Assembly: GCA_000934665.2 (NCBI GenBank)
Contig: KZ537979.1
Coordinates: 62,001-126,000, forward strand
Reading direction: 5' to 3'
DNA from: Catajapyx aquilonaris
Lineage: Eukaryota
DNA: 64,000 nucleotides
Position 1 is the first letter of the stretch; every line of letters starts with the position of its first letter. The notes beneath the pieces were generated by a model. It made no database searches and had not been told where the DNA came from. It saw only the letters and a list, made by a program, of their open reading frames with translations. Shown one piece after another: positions 12,681 through 25,299 of this stretch. Made by a program: the position numbers and the translations under genes.

Positions 12681-13449
12681 CTTCTTTTCCTTTTCTCCTT
12701 GCCCTCTTAATTTCTGCGCGTCCTAATTGCAATCACAACGGAACAACCTGGGACTAAGTGCTCCTTTCACTCCCCTGTGATAACCGAATCCCCGCTTTAA
12801 AAAGTCTCCTTGATGTGAGCGGAATAGACAAGTCATGGGGCACAAACCCAGAAGGTTAAACACGATTAGGACATCGACGGTCACACCCCATTACTCTCTT
12901 AGCAAGTGGCGCTAGTCTTGGCGTGACTAATGCTTTAGGCCATGATACGGATGTAGCCAAAGCTCAACACTGATAATTCGAGTCTAACTGCCATTACTTT
13001 GAGTGCTTGCACTGGTATAGGGTTTATCTTTGTACACTACTGCTGTTTGTCAATCAGTTAGGGTCAGGCCATGTGCTGAAGTTCTTTCGAGTGCCACAGA
13101 CATTTATGGGAAATCGAGTGGGCGGTCAAGCAAATCGGGTTGTGCGGGAGGTCAAGTGAGGGGTCACCTACCTAAAAAATGGGGCGACCATCGAACGACT
13201 CCTGTACGTGTAATGAAAATCTAGGGAAGGGCGAGCAGGGCTGGTGTTGCCTTCAATATCAATGGTTGGTTGCTTCGCGCAGACCTCCCTTCCCCCGCCT
13301 CTTCCCACTCTTCCCTATCCCCAGCCCCGAATTGGAAACCGCGGGAATTAATTGCTAGGGCTGTCGAGCCCCCTCAAACGCTCCGGTAAGCATGAGGAAT
13401 GGTATTTCATAAAACCCGACTTGCTCTTGCATCTTGGCCGACATCGAAA

Positions 13450-14250
13450 GAAGCGCGGACAGTCTTTTGTATCGAACACCATCCGAAATTCCAGTGTCGA
13501 ACCCAAATCAAAATTAATATGCTAACTGCTAGCACAAGTTTCGAGTCCGAGAGAGAGGAAGAATGAATTTGACTACTCGTGTGGCCATGTTGCCACGAAA
13601 TGGTTTTCCGCCAAGGAATGATTCCATCAGCAGCCCAGAGCTAGTTTTACCTGCTTCCCGGCGGACTGGAAATGAAATCTGTATGCATGACAATGGCGAG
13701 GAGCTCTGTAGCACACACGGCTCTCCCTGCATCCCCTCCCCGTTTTCCACCCTCCCCCACTTGCTCTGAGAACAGGGTTACCAGACGAGCGCGGCCTAGT
13801 GTTTTCTCTGGACGTCAAGTGGAATTATGCACGACCAACCTACACGGCGAGTACGTGAAGTGTTTCAAAATTTAATGCCATTCGAGGCCAGTCGCTTTGA
13901 GGTATAATTTACTTCCCATTTCCTTGCCACTCGTGGAAGTCCAGCTGTTTACCTACATGGACGACTGCCACTCCAACATACCAAACGATCAAGGGTAGAT
14001 CAGTGCCACTTCAACAATACACTCCACTTGAAGGATCGCGCCACTTTGGTATCTTCTTTGCATATTGCAAACGGGGGACCTTTCGCTCAAGCCTGATTTT
14101 TTGCGACTGAAAAGACATGGGTGAAAAGTATGGGGTTGGGTGAGACCACCTGGCATTGTATGGACACAGTGTTGCTCACAATGATGCGGGTCAACTGCGA
14201 GGCTTCACAAAGTTCATTACTTTGTCGATAGCAGAGCGGTGACCAAGACG
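13450..14250 (+). mobile_element. L1 reverse-transcriptase relic retaining a YxDD motif
   Basis: ISLPLVEVQLFTYMDD with YMDD at 13954-13965; upstream RTVFCIEHHPKF (RPI+LLN..YKI), TSFESERGR (TGF+.GR), HGSP (+GFP), GRQ; downstream TWVKSMG. Confidence 0.65.
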
Positions 14251-14599
14251 AAAACTGGGTGGAGCTTGTCCGCAACATTACGAGAGGCACCACCTATACC
14301 TTTACGGCTTTGAATAATGATTGCTTCTTTACAGCGTATTCAAAAGTGAGGCAGAAACTTTTAATTCCGGAACTTTTTGGTAGCCTACTGCCATTTCCAA
14401 AGAGCGAGTGAGGCCGAGTAGAAATGGGGCCGTACTGTACCCCGACACGGTCTGAGCACCGGAGAGAGCGAAAAGGACCGAACAGTGAGTGGTTACACTG
14501 CGGACTGTAGGCTCAGGTGAAGGGAAAGGAATAATCCCAGATGAAACAAATGGGAAGCGGTTTAGAAAAGTTGGGCATGAGCCCCGAGAGGGATTAATC

Positions 14600-15400
14600 A
14601 CAGAATGGCTGCAGCATAAACTGTACCTGCTCGCACGTCGTTCGACCAGAAACGCACCAGTAATCTGTCTCTACCCCCGCTGTAATCTCCGCGAGTAAAC
14701 CTCTCAATTTCCCTAGAGACATCCGTCCAAGCCCCGGGAGTTACTACGCAAAATAGTCGGCAGGTCCTGGTAACGCACCAATCATGAAACTTGTGTGCTT
14801 GTAATGGGCCTGCCATGCACGGGTCAGTCCGAGGGTTGGAAACAGCCCCTCCCAAGTTCAAAAGGCTATTAGTACCGCCCCCCTTTACAATAGTTGTAGA
14901 CAAAGCCGGCCTGTAACAGTCTGGCCGTTCTTTCTTCCCCCCCAGAGAAAGTTTGACATTTTAATCACGTACCTTCGTTCAAAGGCCTTGTGATTGAAGG
15001 CGATAATGCAGTTGGTTCATGAAATACCGTAGTCCTGACAGAATGGGCACAGACAGCTGTGTCAAGTATGTTGGCTCGGGTCAAACATATCCAGTGACAG
15101 ATGCAACGCCCCCGCACCTTGTTCTATAATGAAGTGTCACCTTAATGCATCGCCCTTAAAACTGTCATGGCCGCTCTTAATTGCCAGGATTTGTGCCCGC
15201 CAAATTAAGTTTACATCCCCCCTCTTCCTTTTTCCTTCCCATCTCCTCAAGACTTTCTGGAATTGGGACAACCGCAGCATTCGCATGCAGTGCGACCACC
15301 AAACTTGGCGGCGGAAACACCGATCCTAGAACTTGGTCGCAGATGAATGGAACAGTCTCGAGCAGCGATCCGACTGGAATTCTCTTAGTCACTACTCTCT
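14600..15400 (-). mobile_element. L1 ORF2 3' end relic (post-RT plus zf-RVT)
   Basis: SLLETVPF, EEMGRKKEEGG (K.EGGLG), NFLWG, then KGGGTNSLLNLGG..PCMAGPLQAHKFHDWC (GL.T..R....G...C..C...E...H+F..C). Confidence 0.5.
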
Positions 15401-15820
15401 GATGATTCCATTTTCTGTGCGTCTACAGTCAGAGAGGCACGTCAGCCATGAAGCCTAATCCCATCCATCACATAGCTCATGATTACTCCACAACTTCATT
15501 CTCATACGGAAAATTTTCCTCTCCCCACCAAAAAATAGTGCGCATGTGTTTTAGGTCGCTGTGCCTTTGACAGTTATGACTCGATTCGTTACTTGCCTGG
15601 GCACATTGCCCCAAAACGGTTTGATCCGTGGTCCTCCCATCTGACCTCCTTTCCTCCTAAACAGAAGAGGCCCATTAGCAACACAAAGGCCTGCTTGCAA
15701 AAATGACTGGAGAGCAAACAAATTAAGTTGTGAAGCCCCGGCTAATAGAGCTGCTCTAGTCTATGCCCAGCCCATCCCAAGTTTCTAATCAAGCTTAGCC
15801 ACCCTCACCTTTCCCACCTC

Positions 15821-15896
<76 letters not shown>
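15821..15896. repeat. (AAT)25 microsatellite
   Basis: Perfect trinucleotide run of 76 bp. Confidence 0.98.
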
Positions 15897-15919
15897 GGTA
15901 TGTGTATGAAGTGCAATTT

Positions 15920-16760
15920 TGGAGGATCGATAGTTGCTGCTCTGTCGATGAGAAACCTTTGCAACATTCTGGTGTGCATAGGCGGCATTCTTCTCTCCGA
16001 CCCACTTCACCTCTAGGAAAATCAAGAACGCCAAGAATTTGCACAGGTGTAGCCTCAGGTATACGGAGGGATCGTTCCGGAAAATCAGGGCCATAGCTTG
16101 CTGCTGCACAAACGACGTATCTTTAGAGCCATTCCAAGAATGCAAACTTCACCCGACGGTCCTCATTCTGAGCGAGCCCATTTCCAACGGGTAACCTCAA
16201 GTTGAGCTGACCCCATTACGTATGTTACGACTCGAACACATCGAACTTCGTAGATGAGACATAAGCACTGACGGCACGGATAAAATGTTCAATTACTGTG
16301 CTGGCAAATGGCCGGGGAGAACCGGAAATTGCTCGAGTTTGAGCGCGGTCTTCAGTACTTTGCCATAATGGCGAGTTTTACAAAAACTGCTCCCCAAAAG
16401 CAAATTTTCTCTTCCCCAAACTTTACGTTCTTCCTATTCGAGCCGTATATGCCGCGTCGCCCATGCTCAACTCTCCTGACCCCTCTAATACGCCCAATTT
16501 TTTAATCGCCCATTATGTGCAATGACCCATTTTCAAGTAAAGGACTGACTATTCATCACTCTGATATGATCAGAAACCACCCGGTGCTGTACCCACGACT
16601 CTCCGGACTATATTTGCGGTCATTTTTGCGCAGAACAAGCAATGAGTCCATTTGGAACACCATTACAAGGATGTGCGATTGGTGTGATATACTCGGCACT
16701 TTTCCAGCTAAAGTGGAAATAATCGCAAGAGCTGTGGGCAATGCCACGAAAAATCAGTCA
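15920..16760 (+). mobile_element. L1 ORF2 relic (linker, partial RT, post-RT), internally deleted
   Basis: AFFS..RKIKN..LRYTEG, LSEPISN, WRVLQKLL, then SIWNTITRMCDWCDILGTFPAKVEII (W..I..++..W....SF.G+V.++). Confidence 0.4.
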
Positions 16761-17874
16761 AAATTAATTGAGTTTATAATCCTACATTTTTGTACTAATT
16801 TATATGTGTATCATTCAAATAGGCCCAGTCCCAAAAATTTCATACAAATTCAAATTTTGGTCAATTTTTAAGCAGTTATTATTCTGTGTACACTCGCAAT
16901 CTGGTTGCCTCCATGTGGAGGTACGATAACAGTTTTTCAATGTTACTTCCGGCTATCAAAAGTATTAGCATCTAATATTACGCAGAACTGCATCATCAAT
17001 ATAAACTATGAACTCTGGCATAACCCACTTTGTGCACGCCATACCCATTGCGGACTAATATTGTGATATTCATTAAAAGTAACTATGCGAAAGTAACTGC
17101 TAAAATAAGTAGCTTAGTGCCAATATCATTAGAAATGGGACAAGAACCACCCTGTATAAGTTGCACATATGAAGTTGCTTATGTATATATTGTAGTGCCG
17201 GATGACCCGCGAGGGCATGAACATCCCACTTCTGACACCAATGTAGTGTCCATTATTACACGTAAGAAACACCACTATGAATAATAGGCACCGGACAGCT
17301 CTGAAACAGTGATCCCATACTAACTGTTACCAAGACATAATCCACCTGACAACAATAGACAGTCTTGCCAACATGACTCGAACCACTACAATATAACACT
17401 ACATAATTATTTAGTAATTTGAATACGATATGTGCAGCTTATTTGTCAGTCATCCACCTTTTTCACTGCATTTTACTTTTGTCGTCTTGGATTATCTCAT
17501 GGAACGTGCGAGAGGAAGACTTGACTCACCCTGTGCCGCCTTTTCACCCCTCCCGTATACAGTAGTAGCAGCCCCCCAAGTTCCCCGAGCTACTTGTCGG
17601 ACTTTCTTCTCTTAAGCTTCAATTACCCCGGAGGTGTTTCCCTGAGGAAGAGCCTTCCTGCTGCGCGCTGAATGTCGCGAATGACTAAAACAGGTCTGGG
17701 GGAGGAAAATTATTGCGCTGAGAGCTCCTGCGAAAAGCCCCTATCATTTGATTGCACTCGGCTGGGAAAGTGCCATCAGACGTGTTGCAGGTACTCATTT
17801 CTCCCCTAGATGCTAAGAAATTCCACTGGCCAGTTATTTGTACCTTGCTTGGACCAGTCAAAAACACTGGCCAT

Positions 17875-17951
17875 TTCGAAAGTCAAATTCGAACGTACAA
17901 TATAAGTTAATTCGAGCGTGCGAGTACAAATCGAACGTACGAGTAAAATTC
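17875..17951. repeat. Short degenerate tandem repeat (~AATTCGAACGTACGAGTA x3)
   Basis: AATTCGAACGTAC, AATTCGAGCGTGCGAGTA and AAATCGAACGTACGAGTA in succession. Confidence 0.6.
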
Positions 17952-18309
17952 AATAAATACTGATTTTGGGTTTGGCCTGGATACGAATATTGGTGTGTGG
18001 TTTACCTGAACAAAAGGTGAAATACAGTAAAAGGTGTGGCTGGATACCGGGCACATCCGTTTATTGACTGGACTAGTTAGCGTGAGCCGGATTAGTTGTT
18101 TGGTACGTACAACACGAGGGCCATCTCCAGCCACACAAATCCGGCCACACATGCCCCAATTTCAAGGGATAAAGATAATCAATACATTATTCTCTTGTAA
18201 TTCCTTCACCGAGCCTGCGAGTATTCCACCTAAAATGCGGCACAAGCCCGAGTAGTGGTCCGCTCCAAATGTAAAAATAACTCGCACATGTCAGCAGTGA
18301 ATGATGTAC

Positions 18310-18950
18310 GGTGGAATAAAGTGAATAACTGTCACATTAACTGAAAACAAAGCCTAATATTGGTATGGTAGCATCAATTATCGAAAGGCTGTCAACTGCA
18401 TCCGTCCATATCCATGCGCGACAGATTGGCTTTACGGGTATGGATTGCCGTGTCACCATCACGGTTCCCTGCGCTCATGATGAGCATCACTCTTGGTCCA
18501 AAATCGCGAATTCCTAGGTGGAAAAGGTTGAAATGCTACTCTCCTTTGACACGTATCGCGTCATTCCAACACCCATCAACAGTGCGACCATGCAGAAGAT
18601 GACAGTTCGTCATGACTATTGTCATCTTTTTTTTCACCCCAGCTTCAATCGTAGGAGTGACGGATCCATTGAATTGGAACATCTTCTCATACAAGAACAA
18701 GCACGGTTCAACGACGCCAATCCGCAACATTGGGGCCGTATTTTCTGTATCTATACAAGGTGTGCACCATCGATGCGCTCTAACTGGCAGTTATTGTGAG
18801 CCACTAGCTGATTCACATAGTGTCGCACTCTATTCCTTCCACGAAGCACGTATTCACAAGGAAATCTACAAGGAAATGGGACAGGTACTGACAATACGAG
18901 ACAGGAAAGGGCCCCAGGGTGTGTTGCACAATAACTTGCATATATCCCCA
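18310..18950 (+). mobile_element. L1 reverse-transcriptase relic
   Basis: IHARQIGF (I+..QTGF), MLLSFDTYRV..SATMQKM (LDF.KAYDRV...M.KMG), RRQSATLGPYFL (RQGCPL+PYLF), LADSHSVALY (FADD..L+). Confidence 0.6.
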
Positions 18951-20079
18951 ACCTACCCTACTCGCCATTTTGCTCTCCAGAGCGCTGGAAACTCCTCCCA
19001 AAGTTCCCGACCTCCTACCTTTCTAACCTTTGACAGGACTCGAATTCGAACTTAAACTTCTTCTTCTTTTTTCCCTCCTTCTTCTTCTACCATGGCCCGC
19101 ATGAAGGGCCTGGAGGAAGAACGAATACTGGCGCGGTTGAAGGCTTCCTGAATAAATACCGTTTTACGTGACTAACTGGAGAAGTCTATCCATGTCGACA
19201 TCAATCACGACCTAAAGGAGGAAAGGTTCTCGACACGGAACTCGGGAGCTACATAAGAGCGGTCCTGTAGGCTACTAGAGGGCCGAGCTTGGGCTTTAGT
19301 TAGATTATTTCAGTATCACCCTTGGCTGGACAAACAAGAGAACTAAATGTGACAGGACTGCAGTGCCCCCAGCCTTGCATCGCTAATTACGGCCCGCTTA
19401 CATAAGTACACCCCTAACTCATTTCTTCCGCGTTGATACAAAACCGGGATGCTGTCTCCTGCAGTCAGCAAAAGCTTTGCTGCATCCGGCCTTTTCAGCG
19501 TGCCTGTCCTAACCATGCATGACTGGTACGAGTGTACTTATTGGGGAGGCACTTTGCTTTCTGCTATTTTCCAACAGGCACAGGTAAGGCCAACAGCATT
19601 TCCAACAACTCGAGTGTGGTGTACAATGGTTAGGGGGAATTATATTATGCAGGTCTAGCGTCTGGGCTAAGCGACTAAAACCCTAAAACAGCCGTAGTAT
19701 AAGGGACTTACAGCTTAGGTATTTTTTGCACCATAATTTCATCCTAATGTGAATGCAGTGTGACTTTAAACGAATACTAACTGTGTTTTCAAGCATGGCC
19801 AATGCAATTATGAATTATACGCTCGTCATAGCTAATGCCATTGCAGGTTCAGTCCTTTCAAACTCTGTTTGGACATAACTAGTGAATTAAAATGTCAAAA
19901 TTATACTGAATAGGGAGTTTACTGTGGATTAGTGATACCGTATTATGTCAAAACCGAGGGTATGCACCACAGTAGGCAATATCTGCCTTATATCTGTTAC
20001 AGCTATCTGGCTAGGTGCTATTAAATATACCGTAATTTTACATAACTCCGGAGAATTTTAGCTTATAGCATTTCAGAAT

Positions 20080-20460
20080 GCGTGACATGCACCGGTTTTG
20101 ACGTCAACTGACCATAAACTGAGCTTAAAGTTACGACAGCAGTTCCGCAAGTTGGGGTCAGAAGTGTGAAAACTATTCGCCACGTTTGGGAATCCCCAAA
20201 GTATACAGTTAAGTTTCAATACATTTGTTAGAAAGTGATTTTTTTCTTCCCTTCGTCTCTTTAGGCTGGGTGACCTGGCTCGCAAGAGCAAGACAATCTG
20301 TGACTCTGATCTGCCACTCATTTTGGACCATTCCAAAGTATTCTGGCCCGCAGATCCATTAGGTCTGATGAAATCCCGCGCACCGTGGCGCCGATCTTAC
20401 ATTTCAACATAGGCTTTAGTGGTGGTGGCGGCGGAAAGCATTCATCACGGCTTGGAACCC
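20080..20460 (-). mobile_element. L1 ORF2 relic (RT C-terminus to post-RT)
   Basis: FQAVMNAF..*NVRS, FLTNVLKLNCIL, NLRNCCRNF..LWSVDVKTG (L+..CR.FLWG...G). Confidence 0.5.
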
Positions 20461-20509
20461 CGGGCGCTCTACTCTGCCCAGCCTTAATATACACGCCCAG
20501 TCCTATACA

Positions 20510-21530
20510 ATGTGAAGAAGATTAATGAGCAAAATGTGAATGGGGGTCCAACTTCGCAATTCCTTCCAATTGACACTGTTTGCATATTGCATGACGCTGT
20601 CACAGTGCTCCGCACCGCACTGCAGTTCAGTGTCATTTGTCCCCCCAGGTGGCAGAATATGCGCAGAAGGCGAGTGGAATCCGGGTTGTGCGCAGTCAAC
20701 CAGATGGCGTTGGGTATATCCGGTTCCTGGCGCGGACATTTTGTGTTGATGAGGCAAATGACGCTGAATCATTGGAGGAAACAGTCGGGGTGCCATACCA
20801 TTTCCTCTGCAGGCAAAGCCGAGTATTTTGCGATCATCCTACAGGGGGCTGCCGGCCTAATTGGCTCTTTATCCCTCCCGGTCCATTATGGCGCCACCAA
20901 TCTCGCTTGCAAACGGAAATTAATAAGGGCCGGATGAACCAGAGGAAAAGGGAACGGTGGATGGGGGGAGGATCCACACAGGGCCTTTTCTCTCGTTACC
21001 TGTCACCGGAGCCTGATTACTTCGCCTTATTTACTTTTTGGTAGGACTTGGGCCCAACTACCGCGTGATATGGTTGCCCGGCTCCAAATCGAGTGATTTG
21101 CAAATGAGTTCCGTTTGCCCAACCAATTGTCGCCCTGCTGGCATGGGACCCATCAGCTTATTAAGTTTACAGTCGGTCCCCTCTTTGCATTCCTGTCAAT
21201 CACCAGCCAGATCCAAGAAGCATGGCTGACCACTGGTCAGCCATGCTTCCTCCTTGTCCCTGAAAAAAATGTTTGTTTGGCAGTCTGCTTGTGTGTTTGT
21301 GGCCAGAGTTGAAATGAATCGATGCACTAGGTGAGCGAAGGCAGCAGGATGGATGGATGGGGGAGGAAGGCAGCGGAGATTTCTCGAGGGAAGTGGCGTA
21401 TGATCTCTGGGAAGAGGCCTTTGATGTATCTTCTGAATAGGATAGAAAAGCATGGCGCGTCGTGTGCCCGTCCCACTCGTGCCAAAGCTTTGAAGTCTTA
21501 TTCCCAGCTATCTCGCAGGAAGGGCTAATA
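20510..21530 (+). mobile_element. L1 ORF2 relic (RT core to post-RT)
   Basis: NVNGGPTSQF (VNG.P+..F), SGIRV, GADIL (FADD), RPAG..LLSLQSVP (AGR..L+K.+L.SIP), KHG*PLV (K.PLVAW), VEMNRC, RAKALKSY. Confidence 0.5.
21217..21249. repeat. Perfect 16-bp inverted repeat with 1-nt spacer
   Basis: GAAGCATGGCTGACCA-C-TGGTCAGCCATGCTTC. Confidence 0.95.
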
Positions 21531-22912
21531 CGACGGCAGGCCCCCGCCACAAAGCCATCAAATGGGATCAGGTCACTGCTATAACTCCTCAGTTTTACCC
21601 TGCTATGCAGCTACACCGGAGTTAGCAGTGTCCCAAATACAACCATTTGACGGTACCTGCAGCGTGTGCCTCTTTGAGCCACCCAAGGTGCTTTTGGATA
21701 CTTTGAACTGATTTTTTTTTGTAAGAAGGAGAGGACTCTTTGCGTGGCTGCTGCTGGTGCCAAACGAGATTCGGAAGGCAGCAGAAAAATTATGAGAAAC
21801 TTATTGATCACGTAAGTCAAGCTACGGAATAGCTCGGTAAATAGCCATTAATCTTTCGGGAGTGCGGCTGCGGGTGAAAGAAGCCTCGTTACGGCAAGCA
21901 GGACCATCTGATTTTCGTTCTGCTTTAACTCACACTCGCTGTATCGACCAAAAAGAAGAGAGAAAAAATGAAAGACAGGAACGTAAAAATAACAGGGCAA
22001 TTCTCCTGGAGCTACCGGTTCTGCATGTACAGTCCGTACACTCTGCATGTTCCGAAAAAGCACTGTAACTTTTTTACACCAACACGTACGAATATATCTT
22101 TGTTCGTTGCATAATTCCCGAAGTGTCCACGTCAGTTGCCTCCAGCATGTGGATACAGAGGGGGGGGGGGCTGGTCAGTATACATAACTACAGACTAGAG
22201 TAAAATAACGTCCAATCATACTTGCGGACAAGTTAGCGTTACATCAAGTGTTTTCCTGGCTGTATCGGGAGAAGTGAGAGAAAATCAGACTTCCATAACT
22301 TTGACAAATGTCATTTCATTCATGGTCCCTGCAGATGCTGATTTAGACACGGGCTGACTGAAGCGGCTGAGAGATTTTTACTGTCGTCTGGAGTCGTTGA
22401 CGGCAAAAACCTGCTTTTTGCAACATACAAAAAAGTGTCAGAATTGATCGCGCATCTTCCAGGACTCTAGCAATAGAAACCGATGGGACGTACGGAACAG
22501 CAGAAAAACCTTTGCTCCTGACAGCCAAGAATGAGGTATTCATGTGGGAACGTTCGAACTCCAGACACATACTGTACTGCCGCATATAGAGAATTTCGCT
22601 CGTATAATTATACAGCACGGTAGTTTTTTGACCATAAAAAACCCCCGTCGCTCAGACTACGCTGCCGGTCTTTCTCCTTCAGGTGAACAAATTTGCGAAT
22701 CTATTTCCTCAAGCAGTCAATTTGGGTGCTGAGCTGCTGAAAAGCCCCCTATGGTGTTCTCGATCACGCTGAGGCTCTCGCAAACATTCTTTTAAGGAGG
22801 ACGCATCAATCTTTCCCCTCCCCAGAATTGCTGGGCCATTCCGTCATCTCCCCCAAGCTTGAAGAATCTTCCTATTCCCACCTACCGCGCTGGGTGAAGA
22901 TTCATAATGAGC

Positions 22913-22959
22913 CAGCAAGCCTGGATTTTCTGACGAAGACAGAAAATCCAGGCTTCCTG
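22913..22959. repeat. Hairpin with perfect 16-bp stem and 7-nt loop
   Basis: AAGCCTGGATTTTCTG (22917-22932), ACGAAGA, CAGAAAATCCAGGCTT (22940-22955); extends 3 more bp past one mismatch. Confidence 0.93.
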
Positions 22960-22966
22960 ACTCATT

Positions 22967-23070
22967 ATGTTAGATTTTTGGACAATATTGTCCCACATGG
23001 TGGATTTCTGGACAATACTGTCCTACATGTTGGATTTCTGGACAATACGACACTGTCCCACATGCTGAAT
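22967..23070. repeat. 30-bp minisatellite, ~3.3 copies (ATGTTGGATTTCTGGACAATACTGTCCCAC)
   Basis: Units start at 22967, 22997 and 23027; the first contains the perfect palindrome GGACAATATTGTCC (22980-22993). Confidence 0.92.
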
Positions 23071-23719
23071 TGTTGCAAAGCAGTTTCAGCAATGGGGCCA
23101 ATTTGAACATCTGCTGATCTTTCCGGAAACCGCCCATTGACTCTGGTATTGATTTTTAATCCTCCGGTAACCTCTTGTAACGGGACGGCGCTTCGGGAGT
23201 CGGGACGACATGAAATGCAGTCGTGGTGGCGGCCTGAATTCCAAGTTGGCCTCCGGATTATCTCACGAGCTTTGGGAGGAATTGCTGTGCGTACAGTACG
23301 AATGTGCAGGAGCCCCTTCCTAGACTTCATTATAGAGACGTGTACAAATTAATGCCGTTTGCTTCATGGCATGCATTTATTGAGTTACTTGTTACTAAGT
23401 GTGCTATATATTTCCGGTAGACTAACTTAAGTTTTGGAAGGTGGTTCGGGTTTTCTCGTCGCTTCCATGATTCTTGGCGATACTTTGCAGGAACAAATAG
23501 TTAAACAAGCCCGTACGTTTTGGAGTTTAGTAAACACTGTTGTCTACTCCCGGGCGAATATTCGCGTAATGTAACACACAGGGTGCGCCCGCTTGCTTAG
23601 GGATTAAATTCACTTTTTTCGAGGGGAAAAGGGGGTGGAAAAATGGAATCAAATCTCTCCTTCAGGCAAATCCTATAGCCAGAAATATCGATTCCAAATG
23701 TAAAGTTGAAACTTTCTCG

Positions 23720-24290
23720 GAGAAAATGGCTCGTTTCCAGAGAGAGGGAGAAGAGAATCCGTGCACAATTTCACTCACCCCTACAGGGAAGAAGTGGATG
23801 AAATGCGCTGTAATGGCAGCTTATTCATCCCTACAAGGACTGCAATTAGGAGCTTCTCTTTTCCCGCGGCCAGCCCTGTACAAGTATATATCCGAAACGG
23901 GACTAACACTTAGATGACATTAGACAACTCGCGTTACTGCTCCCTGGGAGGCATGCAAGTGGCGCAGAAAACGATTCAGAACACTGAGGACAGCACTGAT
24001 TGAAACTAACGCCCAAGGAGTTCACCTAAGTGTCTACAAGTTTCTCGGCCAGAAAATACTCACCAGTCTAGTGGAGCATGTAGTGATGTGCTGATAGAAT
24101 ATCTGGAAAGAAAATAGACAGTTCTTAATAATCCGACACATGCCATTTTGATGGGATAGATTCAAGTTTGACGATAATGATAGCTCACGTTCAACGGTTT
24201 TGAAATGGTATTACAAGCCGACGTTAACTAATCCGCAATAAAAATGAAAATAAGCCCTACATGGTGTCGAGGATCTGATACGGCTAAAAT
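23720..24290 (+). mobile_element. Possible L1 ORF2 relic (linker to RT N-terminus)
   Basis: FQREGEENP (W+.EG+), KFLGQKILT (KSPG.DG+T), RSTVLKWYYK (RPIT+L...YK); weak. Confidence 0.3.
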
Positions 24291-25299
24291 CACCAAATCG
24301 TTATTCCCTCTAAAAAAATATTTGTACTACGGGATAGGATTGAGTCCCATTAGGAGAGAATCATTATTTTCTGTCGATTTTATTCATCGCCTGGTTGTTA
24401 GCTCTTTTTTCATACGGAAGGAAACGACAAATTCGCGAGAAGCCCGAGGGAGCGTACTAGTATTAGAAGCTTTGGTATAAACGTAGAGTACTTTGAAACA
24501 AAATGATTATGCTTCGCATCTGATGTGTAGTGCAGTGTTTGTGCAACTCCCACCCTCGCCCTGCCCCAATAACCGACGTCAAAATGGGCCCTGAATAACA
24601 ATTAATCCGGCAGGTAGAGAGAGGATTGTAAAATGTTGATAACAGTTGCCTTCGCTCGTAGACCACTGCACACTGTACAGTAAAACTAAAATCCACTACT
24701 AAAAGCACATCAAAATGGGGCCTCGCAGTATGTGAAAGTAGAAACCTTTGATATCCGTTCAGTATTGGTGTTTGCCTGGCGCTGGTGGCGAACAAAAGAA
24801 ACAGTGTGGTGTAGTACAGTGCCAAAGCATACTGTACCTCAAGGGCAAACTGTACGTATCAAGTGTGTCTGCTAAACTATCAACCGTGTGCAGGGTACGG
24901 AGCTGAACAAAATCCCGCTTTGTCCTTCTTTTTTGCAAACTGATAAAGATATTGGAAACAAAAGTTAAATAATTTTTGCATTTAATTTACAGCATACGTC
25001 ATGAACTCAGCTATGGACGTATGGATACCTTATGTGGAAAGTCTGTAAAATGGCCTCCATTGTTAATTGACCGGTACCAACCAGCTTCTTGTTCCCAGCA
25101 AAAATTCATGTACTACGTCAGAAGCTTCTCTGTGGTCCTCAGCAGCACCTGAAACACTTGTAGTCGTTAGCAATCAACACACTCCATGACACCCTTCCGG
25201 CTTGACTGACACGCACGCACGCACGCACCAAGAAAGGGAAGACCTGGCAACGCACGCCATGCCGTTACACAAGTACGAAAGGTGTGTAGCTCGAGTGTG

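Noticed and set aside
18536..18730. Copia RT-like EPCLFLY on the minus strand
   Set aside because: No YVDD follows; the plus strand carries four ordered L1 RT motifs.
19678..19686. Telo-box AAACCCTAA (similar motifs near 13018, 44044 and 52634)
   Set aside because: Single short motifs, no tandem telomeric array or associated gene; compatible with chance.
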